Part shown: positions 46,328 to 55,599 of the stretch, in pieces
Numbering within the stretch: position 1 is the stretch's first letter
How the letters are laid out: each line of letters opens with the position of its first letter
Source of the DNA: Flavobacterium sp.
GTDB taxonomy: Bacteria; Bacteroidota; Bacteroidia; Flavobacteriales; Flavobacteriaceae
Reading direction: 5' to 3'
Length of the DNA: 64,000 bases
Assembly: GCF_046155325.1 (NCBI RefSeq)
Contig: NZ_JBJXDQ010000003.1
Coordinates: 4,804-68,803, forward strand
The notes under the pieces: model-generated
Database searches by the model: none
Seen by the model: the letters and a program-made list of their open reading frames with translations, nothing else
Told to the model about the DNA's origin: nothing
Position numbers and translations under genes: made by a program

Positions 46328-47935
46328 ATGCCAACAGACGCTATCAGCTATCAAAAATCCGGTTATTTCTCGCCTTTGATGAATGATTATTTAGACCAAA
46401 AATCTAATACAAAGTCTCTCTACAATCGGTTTCCAATTCTTGAAAATTTTGAAGCGCAAGTTCAGGAAAAAAAAGCAAATTATACCCATGAAAATAGAGC
46501 AATATTAGTATCGGTAATAGAATCACAATATGCCAAAATAAATCCTTCTACTGCTACTTTAAACAATATTAAACTTTTAAACAACTCCAATACATTCACC
46601 GTTACCACTGGTCATCAATTGAATTTATTCACAGGACCATTATATTTTTTGTATAAAATTATTTCGACTATAAATTTAACGAAGGAATTAAAATCGAAAT
46701 ACCCCAGCTTTAATTTCGTTCCCATTTATTGGATGGCGACCGAAGATCATGATTTTGAGGAAATCAATTATTTCAATTTAAAAGGTCGAAAATTTCGATG
46801 GAACACCAACAGCTCTGGAGCAGTAGGTCGCTTATCTACTAATGGATTAGACGCTTTTTTTGAAGTCTATTCTAAAGAAATTGGTTCAGGCAAAAATGCC
46901 GAGACAATCAAAACGCTTTTTAAGGAATCATATTTAAAACATTCCAATTTAGCCGATGCCACTCGTTTTCTTGCCAATGCACTTTTTGGTGAATATGGAT
47001 TGGTGATTCTTGATGCTGATAATGCCGATTTGAAACGAACTTTTATACCTTACATCAAAGAAGAATTACTACAGCAAACAGCCTATAAAAAGGTAATAGA
47101 AACCACCCGAAAATTATCAAATTACAATATTCAAGTGAATCCTCGAGAGATTAATTTATTCTATTTAGAAAACAATTTAAGGGAACGTATCTTATTTGAT
47201 CCCTATAGCAATAGGGACGGAAAATATAAAGTAAACAATACGACTATCGAATTTTCAGAAAGTGAAATTTTATCGGTACTAGAAAATCATCCCGAAAAAT
47301 TTAGCCCCAACGTAATTATGCGATCGTTGTATCAAGAAGTTATCTTACCCAATTTGTGCTACATAGGAGGTGGTGGCGAAATTGGTTATTGGTTAGAATT
47401 GAAATCTTTTTTTGATGCTGTAAAAGTATCATTTCCTATTCTTTTAGTTCGGAACTCGGCTCTATTGGTCACTGAAAAGCAAACCAAAAAAGCAGATAAA
47501 TTAGAACTGACTTGGAAAGATTTGTTCTCCAAACAAAAGGATTTGGTTAATACCAAAACAGAGCAATTATCAGAGTTCCCAATCGATTTTACATCTCAAA
47601 AAGAACTTTTGCAAAAACAATTCGAAAGACTTCATGAAATAGCCAATCAGACCGATAAATCTTTTATTGGAGCCGTAGAAGCGCAAGAAGCCAAACAAAT
47701 AAAAGGATTGGTAAATCTCGAAAAACGACTATTAAAAGCCCAAAAACGCAAGCATTCCGAAGAACTGGAAAGAATTACCGATTTGCAAAACGAATTGTTT
47801 CCAAATCAAAGTTTACAGGAACGCCAAGCCAATTTTTCGGAATTTTATAGGGAAAATGGTGAAAAGTTGATCACTACATTGATAGATCAACTGAAACCAT
47901 TAGGAAATAATTTTAATATTATTACACTTTCTTAA
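46328..47935 (+). CDS. bshC: Bacillithiol biosynthesis cysteine-adding enzyme
   Basis: TTGHQLNLFTGPLY, YWMATEDHDFEEI, FSPNV, GGGGEIGYW, LQERQANF. Confidence 0.93.
   Translation: MPTDAISYQKSGYFSPLMNDYLDQKSNTKSLYNRFPILENFEAQVQEKKANYTHENRAILVSVIESQYAKINPSTATLNNIKLLNNSNTFTVTTGHQLNLFTGPLYFLYKIISTINLTKELKSKYPSFNFVPIYWMATEDHDFEEINYFNLKGRKFRWNTNSSGAVGRLSTNGLDAFFEVYSKEIGSGKNAETIKTLFKESYLKHSNLADATRFLANALFGEYGLVILDADNADLKRTFIPYIKEELLQQTAYKKVIETTRKLSNYNIQVNPREINLFYLENNLRERILFDPYSNRDGKYKVNNTTIEFSESEILSVLENHPEKFSPNVIMRSLYQEVILPNLCYIGGGGEIGYWLELKSFFDAVKVSFPILLVRNSALLVTEKQTKKADKLELTWKDLFSKQKDLVNTKTEQLSEFPIDFTSQKELLQKQFERLHEIANQTDKSFIGAVEAQEAKQIKGLVNLEKRLLKAQKRKHSEELERITDLQNELFPNQSLQERQANFSEFYRENGEKLITTLIDQLKPLGNNFNIITLS
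47200..47217. repeat. Short hairpin in frame inside bshC
   Basis: tccctat-agca-ataggga encodes (D)PYSNRD. Confidence 0.6.
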
Positions 47936-48030
47936 ACTAAAACATCAAATAATCACCAATAAATTGACGATTCGATAAAATGAATCCATAAAAAAGTCTA
48001 TTTTTGCACCCAATTTAAAAAAAATAAAAA

Positions 48031-48450
48031 ATGGCAACAAATAGAACTTTTACAATGATTAAACCGGATGCGGTTGCAAACGGACACATCGGAAATATAT
48101 TGGCAATGATTACTAATAGTGGTTTCAAAATCATTTCATTGAAATTAACTCAATTAACAGTGGCTGATGCTCAAGCATTTTATGCTGTTCACGCCGCAAG
48201 ACCATTTTATGGTGAGCTAGTTGAATTTATGTCAAGAGGGCCAATAGTTGCTGCTATTTTAGAAAAAGAAAACGCTGTTGAAGATTTTAGAACTTTGATA
48301 GGTGCTACAAATCCTGCCGAAGCTGCTGAAGGAACAATTCGTAAAGCTTACGCAACTTCTATTGGAGAAAACGCAGTTCACGGTTCTGATAGTGATGAGA
48401 ATGCAGCTATCGAAGGTGCTTTTCATTTTGCAGGAAGAGAGCAATTCTAG
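48031..48450 (+). CDS. ndk: Nucleoside diphosphate kinase
   Basis: [27 protein letters not shown]. Confidence 0.97.
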   Translation: MATNRTFTMIKPDAVANGHIGNILAMITNSGFKIISLKLTQLTVADAQAFYAVHAARPFYGELVEFMSRGPIVAAILEKENAVEDFRTLIGATNPAEAAEGTIRKAYATSIGENAVHGSDSDENAAIEGAFHFAGREQF

Positions 48451-48498
48451 TTTTCAGAAGGCAGATTTCAGATTTAAGATTAAAAATCTACATAACAC

Positions 48499-48542
48499 AA
48501 ATCCCGTTTAAACCCGACGCTTCGGGAGAAACGGGATTTTTT
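48499..48542. terminator. Bidirectional terminator with a cccgacgcttcggga hairpin in its loop
   Basis: aaatcccgttt/aaacgggattt outer stem; inner element at 48513-48527. Confidence 0.8.
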
Positions 48543-48582
48543 ATTTCTGAAATGCATCTGTAATCTGCTACCTGAAATCTAA

Positions 48583-48882
48583 TCATCTCAAAACAACATC
48601 TTTCACTACATCACGCCTTAATTCTTCATTAATCATGGCGATAATTTTTGATTTTCCGTGACTTAATTCCTCTCTAAGTACAGCTGATGAAAGTTGAACA
48701 TAAAGTGTATTCCCTTTCAAAACCACATTTTTAGTATAATGATTTACTCCATTACCCATTAGGTTTTTCCAAGCTTCTTTCACATCAATTTGATCCATCC
48801 CAGGCTGTAACTTATTTACCTGAATGATTTCTTTCAAAACATCTCCTATAGTACTTTGATTATTTAATCTTTTTGCCATCAT
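48583..48882 (-). CDS. DUF721 domain protein
   Basis: AWKNLMG..LYVQLSSAVLREEL pattern. Confidence 0.82.
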   Translation of the reverse strand: MMAKRLNNQSTIGDVLKEIIQVNKLQPGMDQIDVKEAWKNLMGNGVNHYTKNVVLKGNTLYVQLSSAVLREELSHGKSKIIAMINEELRRDVVKDVVLR

Positions 48883-49303
48883 TCAAAATATTAATTGGTC
48901 CTGTTTTTTTATAATGGTATTCGTTTTTTTCATCGTTCCTAAGCACTAATTTTTCCTTTGTTAGCAATATTATTTCCTCTTTCCATTTTGCATAGCTTGT
49001 AGCATACGCTATAAACACTGCCTTATTAATATAAACCAAACTTATATTTTCGAATGTATCATTAACCAAAAAAGTGCCATTTAATTGAGGCGAAACTTTC
49101 TTTCGAATACCTTTATTATTAGCTTTTAATTCAAAAAAATCAAAACTATCGTTTACTTTATAAAGCTTTTCTTTACCTGTATTTAAAACTACTTTTTCAA
49201 TTTCCCAATATCCATTTATAAAAGCAATTTCTTCGGGTTTAATTTCTTTTTGGCAACCAACAAAAAACAAGCAAATAAAAACTATTTTTAAACTATTTTT
49301 CAT
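48860..49303 (-). CDS. Lipocalin-like lipoprotein
   Basis: Lipobox FVGC; GYWEIEKV. Confidence 0.7.
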   Translation of the reverse strand: MKNSLKIVFICLFFVGCQKEIKPEEIAFINGYWEIEKVVLNTGKEKLYKVNDSFDFFELKANNKGIRKKVSPQLNGTFLVNDTFENISLVYINKAVFIAYATSYAKWKEEIILLTKEKLVLRNDEKNEYHYKKTGPINILNDGKKIK

Positions 49304-49453
49304 GAATTTATTATTTAGAAAAAGAATGCAAATCTTTATTGAATTAGAATTATATAATACTGAAGTGATACAAAAGTAATCATATTCAAAATAAGAAAAC
49401 TACAAATCACAAAACCCTTTAAACTATTTATACTATTTTTGGTCTTATTCGAC

Positions 49454-50530
49454 ATGAAATCTAAGAAAACGAAAAACATCCTTTTATATCTAAGCGTACT
49501 GCTTCTATTTATTTGTTGTAGCTCAGAAAAACAAAATACCATCCCAGAAGAAACCATTTATTTTCCACCTGTTTCAAGTACAAATTGGGAAACAAAAACA
49601 ATAGCAAGTTTAAATTGGAATGCAACTGCCGTTCAACCGCTATTAGATTATTTAGAGCTCAAAAACACAAAAGGATTCATCATTTTAGTCAATGGTCGAA
49701 TAGTTATGGAAAATTATTTCAATGGACATTCGGCAACGGACACTTGGGAATGGAATAGTGCTGGTAAAACTTTATGTGCTACAACTATTGGTATTGCAGA
49801 ACAAGAAGGCTTATTAGATAAGAACAAGCCAGCATCTGATTATTTAGGAAAAGGATGGGCAAATATGCCTTTAGAAAAAGAAAATTTAATTACCGTTAGA
49901 AATTTATTAACCATGACTTCGGGCATTGACGATACAAAACAATTTGTCATAAAATCAAATCTTACTTATATAGCAGATGCAGGGTCAAGGTGGGCTTATG
50001 GAAATGTATTTCAAAAATTGATGGATGTTGTTACAACAGTAAGTAAAACTTCTTTTGAAACCTATTTTAACGAAAAAATTAAAATGAAAATTGGTATGGA
50101 TGGGTTTTGGAATTTTGGAACCATTTATAGTATTTACCATAGCAACACAAGAAGTATGGCAAGATTTGGACTATTTGCTTTAAACAACGGCAAATGGAAC
50201 AAAGAACAAATTATTAACGAAACTTATTTTAAAGAAAGTACATCAACCTCACAAATTATAAATCCAAGTTATGGATATTTGTGGTGGCTAAATGGAAAAT
50301 CACATTATATGATACCAAGCGATCAAACAGTTTTTAATGGAGCATTGGTAAAAAATGCACCATCAGATATGTATGCTGCCATGGGGGCAAAAGACCAACG
50401 GATTTATATAATTCCAAGCAATAAAATGGTAGTTATTCGAATGGGAGAAGTTGCTGATCCAAATAATCCCACTTTTGGATTGTCGGATTTTGATGAAGAA
50501 TTATGGACGAAAATTAGTGCTTTGTATTAA
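49454..50530 (+). CDS. Serine hydrolase, beta-lactamase class C-like lipoprotein
   Basis: SAGK (SxxK), LLTMTSG, YGN, YGYLWW. Confidence 0.88.
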   Translation: MKSKKTKNILLYLSVLLLFICCSSEKQNTIPEETIYFPPVSSTNWETKTIASLNWNATAVQPLLDYLELKNTKGFIILVNGRIVMENYFNGHSATDTWEWNSAGKTLCATTIGIAEQEGLLDKNKPASDYLGKGWANMPLEKENLITVRNLLTMTSGIDDTKQFVIKSNLTYIADAGSRWAYGNVFQKLMDVVTTVSKTSFETYFNEKIKMKIGMDGFWNFGTIYSIYHSNTRSMARFGLFALNNGKWNKEQIINETYFKESTSTSQIINPSYGYLWWLNGKSHYMIPSDQTVFNGALVKNAPSDMYAAMGAKDQRIYIIPSNKMVVIRMGEVADPNNPTFGLSDFDEELWTKISALY

Positions 50531-50551
50531 TACTGTTTTTTTGACTTTCAC

Positions 50552-51532
50552 TTATTTAAAAAAACTATCTACAAATTCGTGTTTATTAAACACCTGCAAA
50601 TCCTCTATTCCTTCTCCAACGCCAATATATCGCACAGGTATTTGAAATTGATCAGAAATTCCAATAACTACACCACCTTTTGCAGTTCCATCCAATTTCG
50701 TAATAGCTAACGAGGTCACTTCAGTAGCTGCTGTAAATTGTTTGGCTTGTTCAAAAGCGTTTTGACCTGTAGATCCGTCAAGAACTAATAACACATCATG
50801 TGGAGCATCGACCACAACTTTTTGCATTACTCGTTTTACTTTTGTTAATTCATTCATCAAATTAACTTTATTATGCAAACGGCCAGCGGTATCAATAATA
50901 ACAATATCAGCATCTTGTGCCAATGCAGATTGTAAAGTATCAAAGGCAACAGAAGCTGGGTCGCTCCCCATATTTTGTCTAACGATAGGGACTCCTACTC
51001 TATCGGCCCAAATTTGTAATTGGTCTATTGCAGCTGCACGAAATGTATCCGCAGCCCCAAGAACAACTTTATGTCCTGATTTTTTGAATTGATAAGCTAG
51101 TTTACCTATTGTAGTTGTTTTACCAACTCCATTAACACCAACCACCATTATAACATAAGGTTTATTTGCAATGTTTTGAACAAATTCTGTTGCTTCACCA
51201 GAATTGGATTCCGATAATAAACCCGCAATTTCTTCACGCAGAATTCGATTAAGTTCATCAGTTCCTAAATATTTGTCTTCCGAAACACGTTTTTCTATTC
51301 GAGTAATAATTTTCAAAGTTGTATTTACTCCAACATCCGAAGAAACAAGAATTTCTTCTAAATTATCTAAAACATCATCATCAACTTTTGATTTCCCTGC
51401 AACAGCTTTGGTTAACTTAGAAAAAAATGAAGTTTTTGATTTCTCCAGTCCCTTGTCTAAGGTTTGCTTTTCTTGTTCGCTTATTTTTTCTTCTTTTTTA
51501 TCTGAAGAAAATAATTTTTTAAAAAAACTCAT
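50552..51532 (-). CDS. ftsY: SRP receptor FtsY
   Basis: GVNGVGKTTTIGK, DTFRAAA, DTAGRL, TKLDGTAKGG. Confidence 0.97.
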   Translation of the reverse strand: MSFFKKLFSSDKKEEKISEQEKQTLDKGLEKSKTSFFSKLTKAVAGKSKVDDDVLDNLEEILVSSDVGVNTTLKIITRIEKRVSEDKYLGTDELNRILREEIAGLLSESNSGEATEFVQNIANKPYVIMVVGVNGVGKTTTIGKLAYQFKKSGHKVVLGAADTFRAAAIDQLQIWADRVGVPIVRQNMGSDPASVAFDTLQSALAQDADIVIIDTAGRLHNKVNLMNELTKVKRVMQKVVVDAPHDVLLVLDGSTGQNAFEQAKQFTAATEVTSLAITKLDGTAKGGVVIGISDQFQIPVRYIGVGEGIEDLQVFNKHEFVDSFFK

Positions 51533-51543
51533 AACTATTAAGA

Positions 51544-51571
51544 AATTAGAAGTTAGAGATTAGAGGTTAGA
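51544..51571. repeat. Heptamer tandem (xxTTAGA x4) upstream of ftsY
   Basis: aattaga agttaga gattaga ggttaga. Confidence 0.8.
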
Positions 51572-51634
51572 AACCGCAAACTCTACTATCATTCACACAA
51601 AATTAAAATTACAATCGGTAAATATAGAAAATAA

Positions 51635-51664
51635 AAAAGCTACTTCCGAATGAAAGTAGCTTTT
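51635..51664 (-). terminator. Terminator after the ribosomal protein operon
   Basis: aaaagctactt/aagtagctttt. Confidence 0.75.
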
Positions 51665-51683
51665 GTATATAATACAAATATGA

Positions 51684-51836
51684 TTATTTCTTTTTCAAGA
51701 ACTCATCTACGGCTTCAGGAGTCATAATAGATTCTACGAATGTATATGCACCCGATTTTGGAGATTTCACCATTTTGATGGCTTTTGATAATCTCTTAGA
51801 AGATGTTTGTAACGATGCTACGGTTTTCTTTGCCAT
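51684..51836 (-). CDS. DUF4295 small protein (below the ORF track cutoff)
   Basis: MAKKTVASLQTSSKRLSKAIKMVKSPKSGAYTFVESIMTPEAVDEFLKKK, directly after rpmG. Confidence 0.88.
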   Translation of the reverse strand: MAKKTVASLQTSSKRLSKAIKMVKSPKSGAYTFVESIMTPEAVDEFLKKK

Positions 51837-51846
51837 GATTCAAATG

Positions 51847-52035
51847 TTATTTAATTTCTTTATGAACAGTTACACGCTTCAAAACAGGATTGAATTTTTT
51901 AATCTCTAATCTATCAGGAGTGTTCTTTTTGTTTTTTGTTGTAATGTATCTTGAAGTTCCTGCAACACCGGTTGTTTTGTGTTCAGTACATTCTAAAATT
52001 ACTTGTATTCTGTTTCCTTTTGCTCTCTTTGCCAT
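51847..52035 (-). CDS. rpmG: 50S ribosomal protein L33
   Basis: [37 protein letters not shown]. Confidence 0.96.
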   Translation of the reverse strand: MAKRAKGNRIQVILECTEHKTTGVAGTSRYITTKNKKNTPDRLEIKKFNPVLKRVTVHKEIK

Positions 52036-52057
52036 ATTGATATATATTTTGAAAGGA

Positions 52058-52294
52058 TTATTTAATAAATCCTAATGACTGTGCTTTTTTCAAAACTGCA
52101 GCAATTCCATTTTTGTTAATTGTTTTTACCGTAGAAGCTGCTACTCTCAGAGTAATCCATCTATCTTCTTCAGGAAGATAAAAACGCTTTTTAACTAAGT
52201 TTACAGAAAACTTTCTCTTAGTTTTATTCATTGCGTGAGAAACGTTATTTCCTACCATCGCTCTTTTACCTGTAAGGTCACAAACTCTAGACAT
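52058..52294 (-). CDS. rpmB: 50S ribosomal protein L28
   Basis: [25 protein letters not shown]. Confidence 0.97.
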   Translation of the reverse strand: MSRVCDLTGKRAMVGNNVSHAMNKTKRKFSVNLVKKRFYLPEEDRWITLRVAASTVKTINKNGIAAVLKKAQSLGFIK

Positions 52295-52367
52295 TATTGT
52301 TGTTTTTATCGTTATTCAAAATCAGGGTGCAAAGAAAAGAAAAATAAACGGATGAAGCAAAAAATAT

Positions 52368-53618
52368 TTACAGATTTTTTAAAATTTCTTTTCGTAACAT
52401 TTGTAAGCTCTGAATTACAGTTCTATCTATCACTTTTTCACGAGGTTGACCAAAATTAAATTCTTCAACAATCACTTCATTGGGCGTTGCCAATGCTATA
52501 AAAACTGTTCCAACTTCAGCCTGGGCTTCCCCTTTTGTTGGACCTGCATTCCCGGTTGTTGCAATTGCGTAATCGGTTTTCATCATACTCTTTACATTGA
52601 TTGCCATTTGTTTAGCAACTTCAGCACTTACCACAGAATAGGTCTGAATTAACGACTCTGAAAGTCCCAAAACTTTAATTTTAGTCTCTGTTGAATAAGA
52701 CACTACACCGCCCTTAAAATAGTGAGAAGCCCCATTAACAGACGATAGCAACTGTGCAACTTTGCCTCCAGTACAACTTTCTGCGGTTGAAATGGTCTTG
52801 TTTTGCTGTTTAAGTAATTTCCCTACAACAATTTCTATTGTTTCACCATCTTCATAACCTACAATAATATCTCCAATGATAGCTGTTAATGCAATTACAT
52901 TTTCTGCAATAGATTTTTCTAACAATTCTTTATCAGTTCCTCTGGCAGAAAGCCTTAATCTTACTCTTCCAGGACTTGGTAAATAGGCTAACTTAATAAA
53001 ATTGGGTAGATTATTTTCCCAGTTCTCTATTCGTTCTGCAACAAGACTCTCACCTTGCCCATAAGTTAGTATTGTTTTATGAATTATATAAGGACGTCTA
53101 TATTCCTTAACAATTTTAGGAATAATTTCATTTTCAATCAAATATTTCATTTCATAAGGCACTCCAGGTAGAGAAATAAACACTGTATTTTCTTTTGACA
53201 TCCACATCCCAGGTGCTGTACCAACTTGGTTGTGAAGTACCGTACATTTTGAAGGAACCAACGCTTGGTCTTTGTTAATTTGAGAAGCGGGTCTATTCAT
53301 CACTCGTTCAATGAGTTCGATAACATGCTTTTCTACCGTTTTATCAACTATTAAGAAGTCATCAAAATAATCACAAAATGTTTTTTTTGTAATGTCGTCT
53401 TTTGTAGGCCCTAAACCACCTGTAATTACAACTATATCTACTTTGTTTTGATACTTAGCAAATGTGTCTAAAATATGTTTTTTATCATCACTAATAGAAA
53501 CCATTTCATGTGTTTGCACACCAATTAAATCTAGAGACTTGGCTATATAAACAGAGTTAGTATCAACAATTTGACCAATAAGAATTTCATCACCGATAGT
53601 AATTATGGCAGCCTTCAT
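52368..53618 (-). CDS. cinA: CinA family protein (molybdopterin-binding-like domain plus NMN deamidase)
   Basis: [31 protein letters not shown]. Confidence 0.92.
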   Translation of the reverse strand: MKAAIITIGDEILIGQIVDTNSVYIAKSLDLIGVQTHEMVSISDDKKHILDTFAKYQNKVDIVVITGGLGPTKDDITKKTFCDYFDDFLIVDKTVEKHVIELIERVMNRPASQINKDQALVPSKCTVLHNQVGTAPGMWMSKENTVFISLPGVPYEMKYLIENEIIPKIVKEYRRPYIIHKTILTYGQGESLVAERIENWENNLPNFIKLAYLPSPGRVRLRLSARGTDKELLEKSIAENVIALTAIIGDIIVGYEDGETIEIVVGKLLKQQNKTISTAESCTGGKVAQLLSSVNGASHYFKGGVVSYSTETKIKVLGLSESLIQTYSVVSAEVAKQMAINVKSMMKTDYAIATTGNAGPTKGEAQAEVGTVFIALATPNEVIVEEFNFGQPREKVIDRTVIQSLQMLRKEILKNL

Positions 53619-53666
53619 CTTGTTGTAAAATTAATTTGTAAAAAAGAGAAAATAATTTTTAAAAAA

Positions 53667-54011
53667 CTACAAATCAAAGTCTTTTCTTAATTCCTTAATA
53701 GCATCTTCGACTTGATTTTTCATACTCTTAAAGGTTTCTTTAATTTCTTTTTTCTCGCCTTCACTTTTAGTCCAAGCTTCAATTTGAAGAATCTCCTCAA
53801 AAGCCATTTTTAAACCCAGTAAATCAAGACTAGGTTTTACTTTATGTGCATAAGCATAAGCATGTTTATGATCCATTTTTTTTATACCTTCTTTTATTTC
53901 GGCTAAATCTTCTGGAATTTCGTTAACAAATAAGGTTAAAATTTGATTTACAAATTCCGGATCGTTGTCAGAAAGTGCGTATACTTTTGCGAGGTTGTAA
54001 TATAATGCCAT
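53667..54011 (-). CDS. Stand-alone Hpt domain protein
   Basis: AHKVKPS phosphotransfer His motif. Confidence 0.8.
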   Translation of the reverse strand: MALYYNLAKVYALSDNDPEFVNQILTLFVNEIPEDLAEIKEGIKKMDHKHAYAYAHKVKPSLDLLGLKMAFEEILQIEAWTKSEGEKKEIKETFKSMKNQVEDAIKELRKDFDL

Positions 54012-54622
54012 TATTTTATTTTTATACTAAATAGTTTGTTTGATTCTAAATATCCTTCTAAAACATCTTCTGATTTAACAACAGCAACACCTTGTGGCGT
54101 TCCTGTAAATATTATATCTCCGATTTTTAAAGTGAAATATTGTGAAATGACTGAAATTAATTCATCAATTTTCCACAACATATTGCTTGTATTACCCTTT
54201 TGTACTAATATATTATTGTTTGTTAATTCAAAGCTAATATTTTCTAATGAATTAAATTGTTTTTTTTGAATAAATTCACCTAGTACTGCTGATCCATCAA
54301 ACGATTTTGCTTTTTCCCAAGGCAAACCTTTGGCTTTTAATTCATTTTGAACATCTCGTGCAGTAAAATCTATACCTACACTAATCTCATCATAATATTT
54401 ATGAGCGAATTTAGCGTCTATATGTTTGCCTACTTTATTTATTTTAACAATAAGTTCTATTTCATGATGAATTTCATTTGAAAATTCAGGAATCACAAAG
54501 GGATGCTGATACAACAAAATAGCAGAATCTGGTTTTATAAAAATAACAGGTTCTGTTGGTCTCTCATTTTGCAACTCTTCAATATGATCGACATAATTTC
54601 TACCGATGCAGATGATTTTCAT
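54011..54622 (-). CDS. Fumarylacetoacetate hydrolase family protein
   Basis: ICIGRNY, FIKPDSA, HHEIEL, DFTARD, FTGTPQGV. Confidence 0.93.
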   Translation of the reverse strand: MKIICIGRNYVDHIEELQNERPTEPVIFIKPDSAILLYQHPFVIPEFSNEIHHEIELIVKINKVGKHIDAKFAHKYYDEISVGIDFTARDVQNELKAKGLPWEKAKSFDGSAVLGEFIQKKQFNSLENISFELTNNNILVQKGNTSNMLWKIDELISVISQYFTLKIGDIIFTGTPQGVAVVKSEDVLEGYLESNKLFSIKIK

Positions 54623-54687
54623 TCAGTTCAGATTTCAGATTTTGGATTTCAGATTTCAGACTGCTATCTAAAACCGTTATCTGCAAC
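54623..54687. repeat. Heptamer array filling the intergenic spacer
   Basis: agatttc agatttt ggatttc agatttc agactgc, then opposite-sense tatctaa and tatctgc units. Confidence 0.85.
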
Positions 54688-55458
54688 CTATTTCGTATTT
54701 AATTTTCTTAATTTTATTGCCGTTAAAACTTTCTTAGTATATAAAGGGAAATCAGCATTTTGAATCCAACTAAAATAACCTGGTTCTGATTCTAAAATAG
54801 CTTCAACTTTTAATCCTTTGTGTTTTCCAAAAGTAAAAATCTCATTATTATCTTTATCAAAAGCAATCATTCCAGCAAAATCTGCTATTTTTTTGCGAGT
54901 TGTAAACTCAGACAACCATTTTACATCATTTTCTAATTCTGGATAACGGTCTAATTGAGCCTTCATGATTTCGAAAGTAGCCATAGTATCTGCTTCGGCA
55001 GAATGTGCGTTTTCAAGATTTTGACCGCAATAAAATTTTAATGCTGCACTCAAAGTTCTCTCTTCTTTTTTATGAAAAATAGTTTGCACATCGACAGATA
55101 CTCGGTTTTTCATATCAAAATCAACTCCGGCACGAAGCAATTCTTCAGCTAAAAGCGGAATATCAAAGCGATCGGAATTATATCCAGCTAAATCAGAATC
55201 TTTAATCATAGCATACACCTGAGACGCTAATGCTGCAAATGTAGGCTCATTAGCAACTTTTTCATTACTTATACCATGAATTGCTGTTGATTGTGGTGGA
55301 ATTGGAATCGTTGGATTAACTAACCAAGTTTTGCTTTCTCTATTACCATTTGGAAAAAGTTTAAAAATAGCAATTTCAACTATTCTATCTTTGGCAACAT
55401 CAATACCTGTAGTTTCTAGATCGAAAAAACAAATTGGTTTTTTTAGTATAAGCTCCAT
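54688..55458 (-). CDS. DEDDh 3'-5' exonuclease (DNA polymerase III epsilon-like)
   Basis: FDLETTG, GYNSDRFD, HSAEAD. Confidence 0.9.
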   Translation of the reverse strand: MELILKKPICFFDLETTGIDVAKDRIVEIAIFKLFPNGNRESKTWLVNPTIPIPPQSTAIHGISNEKVANEPTFAALASQVYAMIKDSDLAGYNSDRFDIPLLAEELLRAGVDFDMKNRVSVDVQTIFHKKEERTLSAALKFYCGQNLENAHSAEADTMATFEIMKAQLDRYPELENDVKWLSEFTTRKKIADFAGMIAFDKDNNEIFTFGKHKGLKVEAILESEPGYFSWIQNADFPLYTKKVLTAIKLRKLNTK

Positions 55459-55599
55459 TACTATTTTTTAGAAAGACAAATATATTCTTTTGAAGTTGTC
55501 GTTTATCGAATATTTTAAAAAGTTTTATCCAATAATAAAAAAACCAACCAGTTTCTATAAACTTGTTGGTTGTTATAATAAATATAAAGCTATGAAATC

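Noticed and set aside
46328-47935. Bacillithiol pathway as unexpected in a Gram-negative bacterium
   Set aside because: bsh genes are known in Bacteroidota; only the in-frame hairpin is notable.
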